64,000 bases of DNA. Source: Spirogloea muscicola. Its lineage: Eukaryota. This document shows positions 32,331-45,329 of the stretch, piece by piece (positions within the stretch are counted from its first letter, which is position 1; every line of letters starts with the position of its first letter). The DNA lies in assembly GCA_009602725.1 (NCBI GenBank), contig WELB01000002.1:483780-547779 (forward strand), given 5' to 3'. The notes beneath the pieces are model-generated. The model was not told the DNA's origin and did not search any database. It saw only the letters and a program-made list of their open reading frames with translations. A program made the position numbers and the translations under genes.

Positions 32331-35300
32331 TTACCCGGTGGCACCGGTTGACTTAGGAAACGTCAACCCAGCACCACATGATTCGAGATTCTGGAGCATC
32401 TCAACAACGTCAACCATCGTTGGCCTTTGTTTTGGGATATTGGAGCAGCAAAATAGCCCAACTTTCAAGGCGCCCCGTATTTCGTCCACTTTCTGGGGGA
32501 CGAATGGAGCTAGCGCCATATCAACGCACTCCAATGGCTTCTTGTGATTAAGGCATGATCGCACCCACAAAATTAAGGTGCCACCAGCTGCAACCTCGGT
32601 CTGAAAGAAAGGGTCAACAGGCCGTTTGCCAGTGACAGTCTCCAGCAGCATCACTCCAAAACTGAAGACATCGCTGTACTCGGTCAGTTGGCCTAGGGCG
32701 CAGTCTGGAGCGAGATAACCGATTGTGCCTGCCCATGTGCATCACCATGACGTCATGAGTTGCAGGAAAGATGACCCATGATCATTGCGCGGCAGTCTGA
32801 GGTGCCTCTACCAGCATCTACCAACACATCCTTCTTGCACGGTGCCAGAGAGGCCTACGATACAGCTCAGCAGACATTGAAAGGCAGTAAAAGCTACCTG
32901 CAGCCATGGTTGAAACGTGCGTTTCATGTGCCTGAAAGATTCGTGCAAGCCCAAAATCGGCCACGTAACCTTGACCATGTTCATCCAACAAGGTGTTGTT
33001 TGGCTTGACGTCCCTATGCAGCACACGAGGACTGCACTCATGATGCAGGTACTTAAGCCCAACTGCTGCATCCAATATGACCTTCATCCGTGCAGCCCAG
33101 TGATCAAACGCGTCTGGCTTTGGAGGCACGCCCTTGCCCCCGTGCATCAACTGGTCAAGATGTCCGCCAAGCAAGAAAGGGTAGATGAGGAGCATGCCCG
33201 CTTGGCTGTCCCTGGGGATGTACCAGCCCTGTAGAGGGACCAAATTGCGGTGTCTGATGCGACTCAGTGTCTCCACCTCAGCTTCCACCGATCGCAATCC
33301 TTGCTTGCTGTCTCCTGCTAGCCTCTTCACTGCATACTTTTGGCCATTCTTCATCTGCGCACTGCTCAGCATATCCATACAAATGATGTATAGATTTGTT
33401 TGAGGCCATATTTTAGGGAGAGGCCTGGACAAGCAACACCAAGAAAAACACACCACTTGCAAGTGGGGAATCCACTTACCCGTAGACTTTTCCGAAGCCC
33501 CCGAAGCCAACTATCAACTTTTCATTGAAGTTCTCAGTTGCATCCATAAGCTCCTCCAAGGTGAAGGGAGCTTGTAATATATCCTGCGTGATGGACATCT
33601 CGGAGCAGAAGTGCTCAAAGGTCCGCTTGTCTGGCATAGTCCTGTCGTTCTTCTTCTTCCAAGCTAAGCAGCACAGCAGGAGAAGTCCCAGCAACAGGAG
33701 GAGAAGGACAACAGCCCCAACAACAATGCCAGCAATTGCCGCCCCCGATAAGCTCGACGATTTGTGCTCTGGAGGTGGTGGGAAAGGCGGAAGAGAACGA
33801 GGTGGGGGAGCTATCTTGCAGGCCAAATAAGGGCCGCCACATAAGGCGGCATTGCCAGAAAAGGAGCTGCTGTTGAAATGACCAATAAGACCGTCTGGAA
33901 TAGGCCCACTGAGGTTGTTGTTGGAGATGTTAAAGAAGATGAGGCGACCCAGATTTGCAAAAGACGCCGGGATGCTGCCGTTGAGCTTGTTGTCAGAAAG
34001 GTCGAGACTGATCAGATCCGGCAGACTGCCAATGTCAACAGGTATGGGCCCGCTGAATAAGTTGCTTGCAGCCGAAAATGTGAAGAGGTAGAATAAATTT
34101 CCAATCTCCAGGGGGAGACTGCCTGTTAGGCGGTTGCTGGAGATGTCTAGGTTTTGAGCAATTTGCAGACCCCCAATGCTCGCAGGTACACCTCCGGTCA
34201 AATTGTTGTGATCTAGGTGAACACTCAATGCACTGCTTAGGTTGCCTAGCCACGCTGGAAATGGGCCAGATAATTTGTTATTGTCCATCTTCAGCACTTG
34301 CAATTTCTCCAGATTGGAAAAGTTTGTCGGAATCGGTCCAGAGAAGTTGTTGCCAGCAAGCCAGAGCTCCTTGAGCAGCACAAGTTTCCCCAACTGAGGC
34401 GGCACAAGGCCACTTACCCTGCCAGTTGGAAGTGAGCCGCTAAGATTGTCAGCTGTGGCTCCTGCAATTTATGTATCTGCTGACACGGCAAATCAGGTAA
34501 ACTATGGCTGCATCAAAGACGCAGTCACCAGTGAGCTCCTGTCAAGGTCCTGACAGCTACTGTTGCATGAGATATCCAAACAGTATAGCAGAGATGTATG
34601 GCTGACACTTGGCAGAGGGCAGCTTCGAGCCTACTGATTGTTGCTGACAGAAAGATAGCTGAGACTGGTGCAGTTCCCCAGCTCAGATGGTAAGATACCA
34701 GTGAGGCTGCAATGCAAGAAAGAGCAAAGCTCACATACAAAGTCGCCAGCAATTGGGTTTTCCCTTACACAAATTGCAGTCAGCTCCTTCAAGGTCCAGG
34801 CAGCTACTGTTGCATGAGATATCTAAACAGTATAGCAGAGATATACGGCTGACACTTGGCAGAGGGTAGCTTCAAGCCTACTGGTTGTTGTTGACTGAAA
34901 AAAAGCTGAGACTGGTGCAGTTCCCCAGCTCAGACGGTAAAAAACCAGTGAGGCTGCAATGCAAGGAAGAGCAAAGCTCACATGCCAGCATTTGGGCTTT
35001 CCCTAAACACATATTTCAGTCAGTTTTTTTCATGGTCCGGGCAGCTACTGTTGCATGAGATATTCAAACAGTACAGCAGTGATAAGTGGCTGACACCCGG
35101 CAGAGGGCAGCTTCGAGCCTACTGGTTGTTGTCGACAGAAAGAAGATTAAGTCTGGTGCAGTTCCCCAGCTCGGATGGCAGAATACCAGTGAGGCTGCAA
35201 GGCAAGGAAGAGCAAAGCTCACACACAAGATTGCCAGCATTTGGGCTTTCATTCAACACAAACTGCATTCAGCTCCATTCAAGGTCCGGGCAGCTACTGT

Positions 35301-38300
35301 TGCCCGGACCTTTAGAAAGGTCCGGGCAACAGTGTAGCAGAGATATATGACTGACACTTGGCAGAGGGCAGCTTCGAGCCTACTGGTTGTTGTTGACAGA
35401 AAGAAAGCTGAGACTGGTGCAGTTCCCCAGCTCAGACGGTAGAATACCAGTGAGGCTGTAATGCAAGAAAGAGCAAAGCTCACATACAAAGTTGCCAGCA
35501 TTTGGGCTTTTCCTACATACAAATTGCAGTCAGCTCCTTTCAAGGTCCGGGCAAGCTACTGTTGCATGAGATATCCAAACAGTATAGCAGAAGTATATGG
35601 CTGACACTTGGCAGAGGGCAGTTTCGAGCCTACTGGTTGTTGTCGACAGAAAGCACGCTGAGACTGGTGCAGTTCCCCAGCTCAGACGGTAGAATACCAG
35701 TGAGGCTGCAATGCAAGGCAGAGTGAAGCTCACATACAAAGTCGCCAGCATTTGGCTTTTACTTAACACAAATTGCAGTCAGCTCCTTTCAAGGTCCGGG
35801 CAGCAACTGTTGCAGGAGATATCTAAACAGTATAGCAGAGATATGTGGCTGACACTTGGCAGAGGGCAGCTTCGAGCCTACTGGTTGTTGTCGACAGAAA
35901 GAACAAAAGACTGGTGCAGTTCCCCAGCTCAGGCGGCAAAATACCGGTGAGGCTGCACTGCAAGGAAGAGCAAAGTTCACATAAAAATTTGCCATCATTT
36001 GGGCTTTCACTCAACACAAATTGCAGTCAGCTCTTTTCAAGGTCCGGGCAGCTACTGTCACATAAGATATCTAAACAGCATAGCAGAGACATACGGCTGA
36101 CACATGGCAGAGGGCAGCTTCGAGCCTACTGATTGTTGTTGACAGAAAGAATTCTAAGACTGGTGCAGTACCCCAGCTCAGGCGGTAAAATACCGGTGAG
36201 GCTGCAATGCAACGAAGAGCAGAGCTCACATACAAAGTCGCCAGCATTTGGGCTTTTACCAAGCACAAATTGCAGTCAGCTCCTTTCAAGGTCCTGGCTA
36301 CTGTTGCATGAGATACCCGAACAGCATAGCAGAGATTTATGGCTGACACTTGGCACAGGGCAGCTTCGAGCCTACTGGTTGTTGTTGACAGAAAGATAGC
36401 TCAGACTGGTGCAGTTCCCCAGCTCAGGCGGCAAAATACCAGTGAGGCTGCAATGCAAGGAAGAGCCAAGCTCACATACAAGGTCGCCAGCATTTGGGGT
36501 TTTTGTAAAGACAAATTGCAGTCAGCTCCTTTCAAGGTCCGGGCACCTACTGTTGCATGAGGTCTCCAAACATTATAGCAAAGACATATGGCTGACACTT
36601 GGCAGAGGGCAGCTTCGAGCCTACTTGTTGTTGTTGACAGAAAGAAAATGGAGACTGGTACAGTTCCCCAGCTCAGACGGTAGAATACCAGTGATGCTGC
36701 AATGCAAGGAAGAGCAAAGCTCATTCTACAAATGTCGCCAGCATTTGGGCTTCTACTGAACACAAATTGCAACCAGCTCCTTTCAAGGTACGGGCAGCTA
36801 CTGTTGCATGAGATATCCAAACAGTATAGCAGAGATGTACGGCTGACACTTGGCAGAGGGCAGCTTCGAGCCTACTGATTGTTGTCGACAGAAAGAACGC
36901 TGAGACTGGTGCAGTTCCCCAGCTCAGACGGTAAATGACCAGTGAGGCTGCAATGCAAGGCAGAGCAAAGCTCACATACAAAGTCGCCAGCATTTGGGCT
37001 TTTACTTAACACAAATGGCAGTCAGCTCCTTTCAAGGTCCGGGCAGCAAATGTTGCATGAGATATCCAAACAGTATAGCACAGATATGTGGCTGACACTT
37101 GGCAGAGGGCAGCTTCGAGCCAAACTGGTTGTTGTCGACAGAAAGATAGCTGAGACTGGTGCAGTTTCCTAGCTCAGGCGGCAAAATACCAGTGAGGCTG
37201 CAATGCAAGGAAGAGCAAAGCTCTCATACAAAGTTGCCAACATTTGGGCTCCTACTAAACTGAAAGTTGCAGTCAGCTCCTTTCAAGGTCCGGGCAGCTT
37301 CTGTTGCATGAGATGACCAAACAGCATAGCAGAGATGCATGGCTTGACACTTGGCAGAGGGCAGCTTCGAGCATACTGGTTGTTGCTGACAGTAAGAACG
37401 CTGAGACTGGTGGAGTTCCCCAGCGCAGGCGGTAAAATACCAGTGAGGCTGCATTGCAAGGAAGAGCCAAGCTCACATACGAAGTCGCCAGCATTTGGGC
37501 TTCTACTAAACATAAATTGCACTCCACTCCTTTTAGGTCCAGGCAGCTACTCTTCATGTACTGCTCTATGTAGTGTCCTCAATGATGGTTACTCTGGCAT
37601 TCAGATGCAACCTCATGAAAAGACAATATCACTTGTCATTGCCTGTTCTGCCACATACTGATACGTCATAACAGTAGCTGCACAACATAGAAGCAGGACC
37701 CTCACGGCTCCACATAGCTGCACATGTCATGGACTTTTGAGGAAACCTGTTCCTGACTAAGGCCCGATTTCAGCTACATCTCCCAAGCGCTGGCAAATTC
37801 CCATTACTGCATGCCAGTGCATGCAGGAGGATGCACAGTAGTAGTCGCTGACCCTAGTCACTATCAAGAATCCTGCTCAACAGAACATGAAGGTATCTCA
37901 ACAATAAGCTGTGCATCTGCAAGCCTAAAATGGTTAACCTTTGGCATGCTGACCTGTTCTCGTCGAGGTAGAGTTCGCGGAGCTGCGGGAGGCTACCCAG
38001 CGCCGGAGGGATGGGGCCGGAGAAAGAGTTACCAGACAGATATATGGACGTCAGGCTGCCAATACTAGCAAGCTCCGGTGCCAGCGTGCCTTCCAACTTC
38101 AAGTCCTCCAGATTGAGCCCAATCACTCGCCTGCAAATGTGTACCAGCGGCCAGCAGCAAAGAGAGCTGAGCTTGATCAGATCTCGAACTCACACTGCAC
38201 CTCGCAAGGAGCTCGCAACAACGCTGCTGGCTCAGAAGCCCTCCACGGAGCTGCCGCTAGTCCTGTGGCTGCAGAGGAGGCGGGCCCTGCAGGCTCACGA

Positions 38301-38881
38301 CCTCGACAACGGCGGGGCCGCTGGGGGTACCAATGCCTGTGCCCTTGCTTGATACGTCGCGGCGGCCCACTCGGACTAGACCGGGCTCAGGACGAAGCTC
38401 TTGCCTGGGGCCGCCTATGTAGTCGCACTCAACGCCATGCCACTTGCACGGTGTGACATCGGCGGGGTGCCAGTCGGTGAGAAAGCCACGTGGGTCGTGG
38501 GTAGTGCGGGCCTTGAATGCTAGCAGCGCAGCCTTGTCGGAGCTGCGCGAGAGAGGATGACGGGCAGTCAGCCGGGGGGAGCCACACGGAGGCCCACGCA
38601 GCGCGGGCGCCGGAATGCAGCCTCAGCAGGAGCCCGACGGCGACGCGGCGGACGAGGAGAGGGCTCGCAGGCGCAATGTACTTCCTTTGGGAGAGCCACT
38701 TGGTGCTCTAGGCGCAATGTGCTTCGTTTGGGAGAGCCACTTGATGCTCCAGGCGCAATGTGCTTCCTGGCTCAGGAAGAAAGCCGCGGCGCGAAAGGGC
38801 TGCTCACTTGAGGTCCCCGGCGGCGGCGGCGGAGCCGAGGCGGGTGAGCAGCGCGGCGGCGGCGAGCGCTGCGGCTGCCAT
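32331..38881 (-). CDS. LRR-RLK copy C with 12 tandem single-LRR exons (one of them frameshifted)
   Basis: ATG 38881 signal exon; N-cap exon ~38407-38543 with GC donor; 2-LRR exon ~37954-38130; 12 cassette exons; large LRR-TM exon 33480-34418; kinase exons to stop 32331 (AVKRL, HRDVK, DFG, APD). Confidence 0.8.
34540..37560 (-). repeat. Tandem array of 12 x ~247-bp exon+intron units, each with a 72-nt phase-2 LRR exon
   Basis: Each unit reads cag|C CTC ACT GGT...AAC AAC CA|gt = LTGILPxELGNCTSLxxLSVxNN; acceptors near 34707, 34953, 35194, 35455, 35705, 35952, 36201, 36447, 36696, 36947, 37197, 37448. Confidence 0.92.
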
Positions 38882-39532
38882 GCTCGCCACGGCGGGGCCC
38901 GCGGGAGGCCCTCCCGGGCGGCGGGGGCGGCGGGCCCGTGCCAGGGCGGGCTCAAGTCAAGACGGGGCTGGGCTTCTAAGAAGTGGCTCGTCCAAAGTGG
39001 GGCAAGGGCTGTAAACGAGAAAGAGGAAGGGCTTGAGGATAGGGGCACCCAGTGGCCACTTGAGCACCCGGTGGCCACTTGAGGCGCTGTGGGCTTTGAT
39101 GACGCTGTTGCGCCATCCGGCCCTTCCAGGCCTTGCACATCCCTTTGCGCCTCAGTGTAGCTTGTCAGATATGCATGTGCTCACTCGGAAATATTAGTGT
39201 CCCCCTTAGCCAGCTCATCACCCAGTTTACAGGACATTTGTAAGGCTAGAATGGCCTCCCTTTCAATCTCATGCGCACCGCGCGCCTTCTCTCTTTGGGC
39301 TAGCTGTTCACAGCCCTAGCCCCCTTTGGGATAGCCACTTTCCATCCTTCTTACCGGTGGGAAGCGCCTACTTTCTCCCCTACCCACTCCTTGACTTTAC
39401 TAAGACTCCTGAGGCTCCTCCTCTTTGAGGCTGACACCTCGCGCGCCGCTATCTGCGCAGCAGCCCCCCGCCTCTGCCGAGCCGCCGAGACGCTGGCTCT
39501 GGCACCGCCCACAAGATCCCGCTTGTCTGAGC

Positions 39533-39618
39533 ATGGCAGCCGCTTTGGCCGGCGCTGCCGCGGCGCTTGTCGCCTTTGCGCAGCTGGATTGCTTCGCCTC
39601 CGCCGCCGGGGACCTTGA
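39533..39618 (+). other. Second signal-peptide exon upstream of copy D; candidate alternative first exon
   Basis: MAAALAGAAAALVAFAQLDCFASAAGDL, 86 nt, phase-2 GTGAGC donor, same phase as exon 1 of copy D. Confidence 0.55.
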
Positions 39619-40244
39619 GTGAGCAGCCCGTCCTCCTCCGTTCACTTCTGGCCACTTCAGTCGCTGTGTGCTCTTAACGATTTTCCGGCCCCTTCGTTCT
39701 TTCCTTTGTCTGGGCTGGCCTCTCCCTGTGTGTTTTTTTCTTTCTTTGGCTTTTCGGACATTGTCCATTCTTTCCGGGCTGGCTTTGCTGGCCCCCTTTT
39801 CTTATGGGCGAGCACTTTCTCTCCCAGCCACCGCGCTCCCATGGAAGCATCTTCCTTTCGAACTTCGTTCATCCTGTTATTCGGGCTGGCCGATCACAGC
39901 CATCGCCCTCTACAAGGTCTGAAAGGGCCGGGCGGCGCAAGTAGTAAGCTAGTCTTCAAGGAGTCAGCAAGTGGGCGCTCAATAACCTCTAGTCAGCAAG
40001 TGCGTCTAAGTCAGATTGTTTACAAAAGAAAGTCAAATAGCGTAGAGGGCGGGAAAGCGTCAGAGCAAACAGCGACTCAGGTGGCCACTGGGTGCTCTCC
40101 GAAGCCCCTTCGGGCTTTTGGGCTGGCTGTTCCAGCCCCTATCCTCAATGGGCGAGCTCTTTCTTCTGGATTATGCGCCCTCTTGGCACGGGCCGCCGCC
40201 GCCGCCACCCCGGGAGGGGCTCCCGCGGGCCCGGCGTTGCGAGC

Positions 40245-43200
40245 ATGGCAGCCGCAGCGCTCGCCGCCGTCGCGCTGCTCACCCGCCTCGGCTCCGCCGC
40301 CGGGGACCTCGCGTGAGCAGCCCTTCCGCAACGCGGCTGCTCCTGAGCCAGGCAGCACATTGCGCCTAGAGCACCAAGTGGCTCTCTCAAAGCATGGCAC
40401 ATTGCGCCTGCGAGAGCCCTCTCCTCGTCCGCCGCGTCGCCGTCGGGCTCCTGCTGCGGCTGCACTCCAGCGCCCGCGCTGCGTGGGCCTCCGTGTGGCC
40501 CCCCCAGCTGACTGCCCGTCGTCCTCTCCCGCGCAGCTCCGACCAGGCTGCGCTGCTGGCCTTCAAGGCCGGCATCACCAACGACCCCCATGGCTTCCTC
40601 ACCAACTGGCACCCCGCCGATCTCACGCCGTGCGACTGGTTCGGCGTTGCGTGCAACGGCGTAGAAGGCCCCAGGCAAGAGCTTCGTCCCGAGCCCGGCC
40701 TAGTCAGAGTGGGCCACCGCAGCATATTAAGCAAAGGGCACAAGCATTGGTACCCCAGCGGCCCCGCCGTTGTCGGGGTCGTGACCCTGCCGGGCCCGCC
40801 TCCTTTGGAGTCACAGGACTAGCAGCAGCTCCGTGGAGGGCTTCTGAGGCAGCAGCGTTGCTCCTTGCGAGGTGCAGTACGAGTTCAAGATCTGATCAAG
40901 CTCAGCTCTCTCTACTGCTGGCCACTGGTACACACTTGCAGGCGAGTGATTGGGCTTTTTCTGAAAGACGGGCAGTTGAACGGCACACTGGCACCGGAGC
41001 TGGCTAATATTGGCAGCCTAAAGTACATATATCTGCTCAACAACTCTTTCTCGAGCCCCATCCCTCCGGCGCTGGGTAACCTCCCGCAGCTTGGCGTTCT
41101 CGTCCTCGACCAGAACAGGTCAGCATGCCAAAGCTTGACCGTATTTGAGGGTTGCATATGCACAGCTTATTGCAGAGATACCTTTCTGCTCTGATGAGCA
41201 GAATTCTTGATGGTGATTAGGGTCAGCAACTGCTACTGTGCATCCTCCTGTATGCACTGGGCATGCAATGATGGAAATTTGCCAGCGCTTAGGGAGATCT
41301 AGCTTGAAATCGGGCTTAGTCAGGAACAGATATCCTCAAAAGTCCACTAATATATGTGCAGCTATGTTGAGCCATGAGGGTCCTGCTTCGAAATTGTGCA
41401 GCTATTGTCATGATGTGTCAGTGTGCGGCAGAACAGGCACTGACAAGTGATATTATGTTTCGCAAGGTCGCATCTGATTGTCAGGTTGACCATTATTGAG
41501 GAGAGTACTTAGAGCAGTAGATGACGAGATCAAGAGCTGACTGAACCTTGAAAGGAGCTGATTGCAACTTGTCCTAAGAAAAGCCAAACTGCTGGCGACT
41601 ATGTGAGCTTTGCTCTTCCTTGCATTGCAGCCTCACGGGTATTCTACCGTCTGAGCTGGGGAACTGCACCAGTCTCAGCTTCGTTTCTGTCAGCAACAAC
41701 CGGTAGGCTCGAAACTGCCCTCTGCCTAAGTGTCAAGCTATATATTTCTGCTACAATCATTGAATTTCATGCAACAGCAGCTGCCCGGACCTTGAACGGA
41801 GCTACTGCGATTTGTGTTAGTGAAAGCCCCATTGAGCCTGACCTCCAACTTGTAAGGGCTTGCCTGCAGCCCATGTCAATTGCTTGACCCCTATCAAAAG
41901 CTCTTTTTGTTTCAGCTTGGAGGGTGGAGTGCCACCAGAGCTCGCTGATCGCAGGGGAATGATCAGCCTGGACCTGAGCCACAACAGGTGCTGAGCTGTG
42001 ACTGCATCTTCAATGCAGCCATGAGTTGCCTGATTTGCCATGTCAGCACATTACATAAGTTGCAGAGGAGCCACAGCTGGCATCCTTAGCGGCTTACTCG
42101 CAATTGTTGGCAGGTTAAGTGGCCACCTGCCACCTGAGTTGGGGAGACTCGTGCTGCTCACCAAGCTGTGGCTTGCTAGCAATAAATTCTCTGGACCGAT
42201 CCCAACGACGTTCTCCAATCTGAAAAACCTGCAAGTGCTGACAATGGACAATAACAATTTCTCTGGCCCATTCCCACAGTGGCTTGGCAACTTCAGCAGT
42301 GCATTGACTATTTCCCTAGGTCACAACAACTTGACCGGAGGAGTCTCTGCAAGCATTCGCAGTCTGCAAAGCGTTCAGTATCTTGACATCTCCAACAACC
42401 GCCTTACAGGCATTCTCCCCCTGGAAATTGGAGAATTAAGCAGCCTCAAAACATTTTCGGCTGCAAGCAATTCATTCAGCGGGCCAATTCCGGAGGGTAT
42501 TGGCAACTTGCCGAGTCTTACCTATCTCGATCTTTCCAACAATAATCTCAATGGCAGCATTCCGGCAAATCTGGGTTCTATACCTTTCTTTAACATCTCC
42601 AATAACAACCTCAGTGGGCCTATTCCAGACATGCTCATTGGTCATTACAACAGCAGCTCCTTTTCTGGCAATCCCGCCTTATGTGGCGGCCCTTATGTGG
42701 CCTGCAAGACAGGTCCACCACCTCCAGTACACAAATCGTCGAGCTTATCAGGGGGGGCAACTGCTGGCATTGTTGTTGGGGCTGTTGTTCTTCTCCTCCT
42801 ATTGCTGGGACTTCTCCTGCTGTGCTGCTTAGCTTGGAAGAAAAAGAAGGACAAGACTATGCCAGACAAGGAGCGGAGCATTGAGCAATTCTGGTCCGAG
42901 ATGTCCATCACGCAGGATAGACTCCAAGCTCCCTTTACCTTCGAGGAGCTCATGGATGCAACTGAGAACCTCAATGATCATTATATTGTTGGCATTGGGG
43001 GCTTCGGGAAAATCTACTGGTAAGTAACCTTGCCTACTTGCAAGGTGGTGTGCTATCCTTGGTGCAAATTGTTCAGGCCTCTTCTTAAAGTACGGTACAC
43101 ACAAACTTACGATCATTTTGATGGAGATGCTGAGCAGCGCGCAGATGAAGAATGGCCAAAGGTATGCAGTGAAGAGGCTACCAGCAGACAGCAAGCAAGG

Positions 43201-44206
43201 ATTGAGATCGGTGAAAGCTGAGATGGAGACACTGAGTCGCATCAGACATCGCAATTTGGTCCAGCTACAGGGCTGGTACATCCCCAGGGACAGCCAAGCT
43301 GACATGCTCCTCATCTACCCTTTCTTGCTTGGCGGAAATCTTGACCAGTTGGTGCACGGGGGCAAGGGCGTGCCTCCAAAGCCAGACGCATTTGATCACT
43401 GGGCTGCACGGATGAAGGTCATATTGGATGCAGCAGTTGGGCTTAAGTACCTGCATCATGAGTGCAGTCCTCGTGTGCTGCATAGGGACGTCAAGCCAAA
43501 CAACACCTTGTTGGATGAACATGGTCAAGGTTACGTGGCCGATTTTGGGCTTGCACGAATCTTTCAGGCACATGACACGCACGTTTCAACCATGGCTGCA
43601 GGTAGCTTTTACTGCCTTTCAATGTCTGCTGAGCTGTATCGTAGGCCTCTCTGGCACCGTGCAAGAAGGATGTGTTGGTACATGCTGGTAGAGGCACCTC
43701 AGACTGCCGCGCAATGATCATGGGTCATCTTTCCTGCAACTCATGACGCGTCACGGTGATGCACATGGGCAGGCACAGTCGGGTATCTCGCTCCAGACTG
43801 CGCCCTAGGCCAACTGACCGAGTACAGCGATGTCTTCAGTTTTGGAGTGATGCTGCTGGAGACTGTCACTGGCAAACGGCCTGTTGACCCTTTCTTTCAG
43901 ACCGAGGTTGCAGCTGGAGGCAGCTTAATCTTGTGGGTGCGATCTTGCCTCAATAACAAGAAGCCTTTGGAGTGCGTTGACATGGCGCTAGCTCCATTCT
44001 CCCCCCAAAAAGTGGACGAAATACGGGGCGCCTTGAAAGCGGGGCTATTTTGTTGCTCCAATATCCCAAAGCAAAGGCCAACAATGGTTGACGTTGTTGA
44101 GATGCTCAAGAATCTCGGAGCATTTGGTGCTGGGTTGACGTTTCCTAAGTCATCATTGCCAATAGACGGGACGGCAATGGACAAGCTTTTGTGCCACGGG
44201 ACTTGA
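40245..44206 (+). CDS. LRR-RLK copy D, apparently intact
   Basis: Exons 40245-40312, 40537-40674 (GC donor), 40942-41118, 41631-41702, ~41916-41987, 42114-43019, 43137-43600, 43773-44206 splice in frame: signal peptide, N-cap, LRRs, GNPALCG, TM, RD kinase. Confidence 0.85.
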
Positions 44207-44789
44207 GAGGTGGCCAGCCTTTACAGGGGTGACTGAGGGTTTCGCAGCTACTTGATTCTCTGTGTGCTCTAGCGCTTTCCCTTGGCCCCTTCGAACTTTG
44301 ATCATTCATCTTTCTGGGCTGGCCTCCCACAGCCACCGCCCTCTCCTGGAAGCGTATTTCTTCTTTCAAGGATGGACAGCGTCCCATCAGCGTCCCAGTA
44401 GCCCTGTGGTCAATGGAATGGAATGGAGCTTTGCCCGTTCTGCAGCGGTGGCAGAAACACGTACAATTTACCAACTTACAAGTATGGTCGTCACAGTGGT
44501 GAGATTGAATCAATGGCACATAATACCAGCTGCAGCCTCTGGCTTTCGTCAAGGGACTGCTTTACGGCTGCTAGTCTTTCTGACTTGCGGCTCTGAGTAA
44601 AATTTAGTGGTGATAAATGAGTGACTACCCCGCATGGTATCTCTTAATTATGTGTTTCAGCGCTTTTTGGCCCCTTCTGACCTTGTCCACTCGTTTAGGG
44701 CTGTCTTTTCACTGGCTGACTTGGTTATGTGTTACAGCAAATCCTCAGCCGCTTACGACCTGGTCACTTCTTTCCTGTAGGGATTTGTC

Positions 44790-45260
44790 ACAAGAAGGTT
44801 CTCAATGCTCCGCTCTTTGTCTGTCATGGTCTTTTCCTTCTTCCGAGCTAAGCAATACAGCAGGAGCAGTCGCAGCAACAGAAGGAAAAGGACAACAAAA
44901 GCACCAATGCTGCCAATTTCTCCCCCTGATAAGCTCGACGATTTGAACTCCGGAGGTGATCGAAACGGAGGAACAATCGAGGTGGGGCAGCTCTTCCAGC
45001 CAGGCCACATAAGGGCCGCCACATAAGGCTGCATAGCCAGAAAAGGAGCTGGCGTCGTAATGAGTAGGACCACAGGAAAAGGCCCACTGAGGTCGTTGTT
45101 TGAAGACATTGATAAGATAGTCAAGACCCAGATCCGCGAAGGATGTCGGGATGCTGCTTTTTAATTCCTGGTTTGGAAGTTCGAGGTAGGTCAAAGCCGG
45201 CAGATAAATACTCTCCTCTGGCTTGGGTCCGCTGAAAGAGTGTTTTGATGACGCGACCAG
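44790..45260 (-). pseudogene. Degenerate LRR-TM fragment of the same RLK family
   Basis: Frameshifted SFSGP..LTYL..SIPTSFA / DLSGP / FSGYAALCGGPYVA / KSSSLSGG..VVLFLLLL..TDKERSIE. Confidence 0.8.
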
Positions 45261-45329
45261 GTCGGCACCAGGCGTGTTGACCGGGTCGCCATCTCGCCTG
45301 GCGTCGACCCATGCACTTTGGCCAATGTA

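Noticed and set aside
34540..37560. Regular repeat array as CRISPR or satellite; plus-strand ORFs such as LTLGRGQLRAYWLL
   Set aside because: Units are ~247-bp exon+intron duplications with splice sites on the minus strand; no unique spacers or cas genes; plus-strand ORFs are antisense shadows.
39619..41007. 462-aa ORF
   Set aside because: Runs across TE fragments, a GC-rich promoter and introns, out of frame with the real RLK exons; no domain motifs.
41191..41230. CTGATGAG as a hammerhead core
   Set aside because: No GAAA after a stem II; ordinary intron sequence, and the motif is not kept in all paralogous introns.
7501..44206. Naming the RLKs BRI1, PSKR, EMS1 or ERECTA
   Set aside because: Kinase motifs and exon structure are only generally similar; orthology needs a phylogeny.
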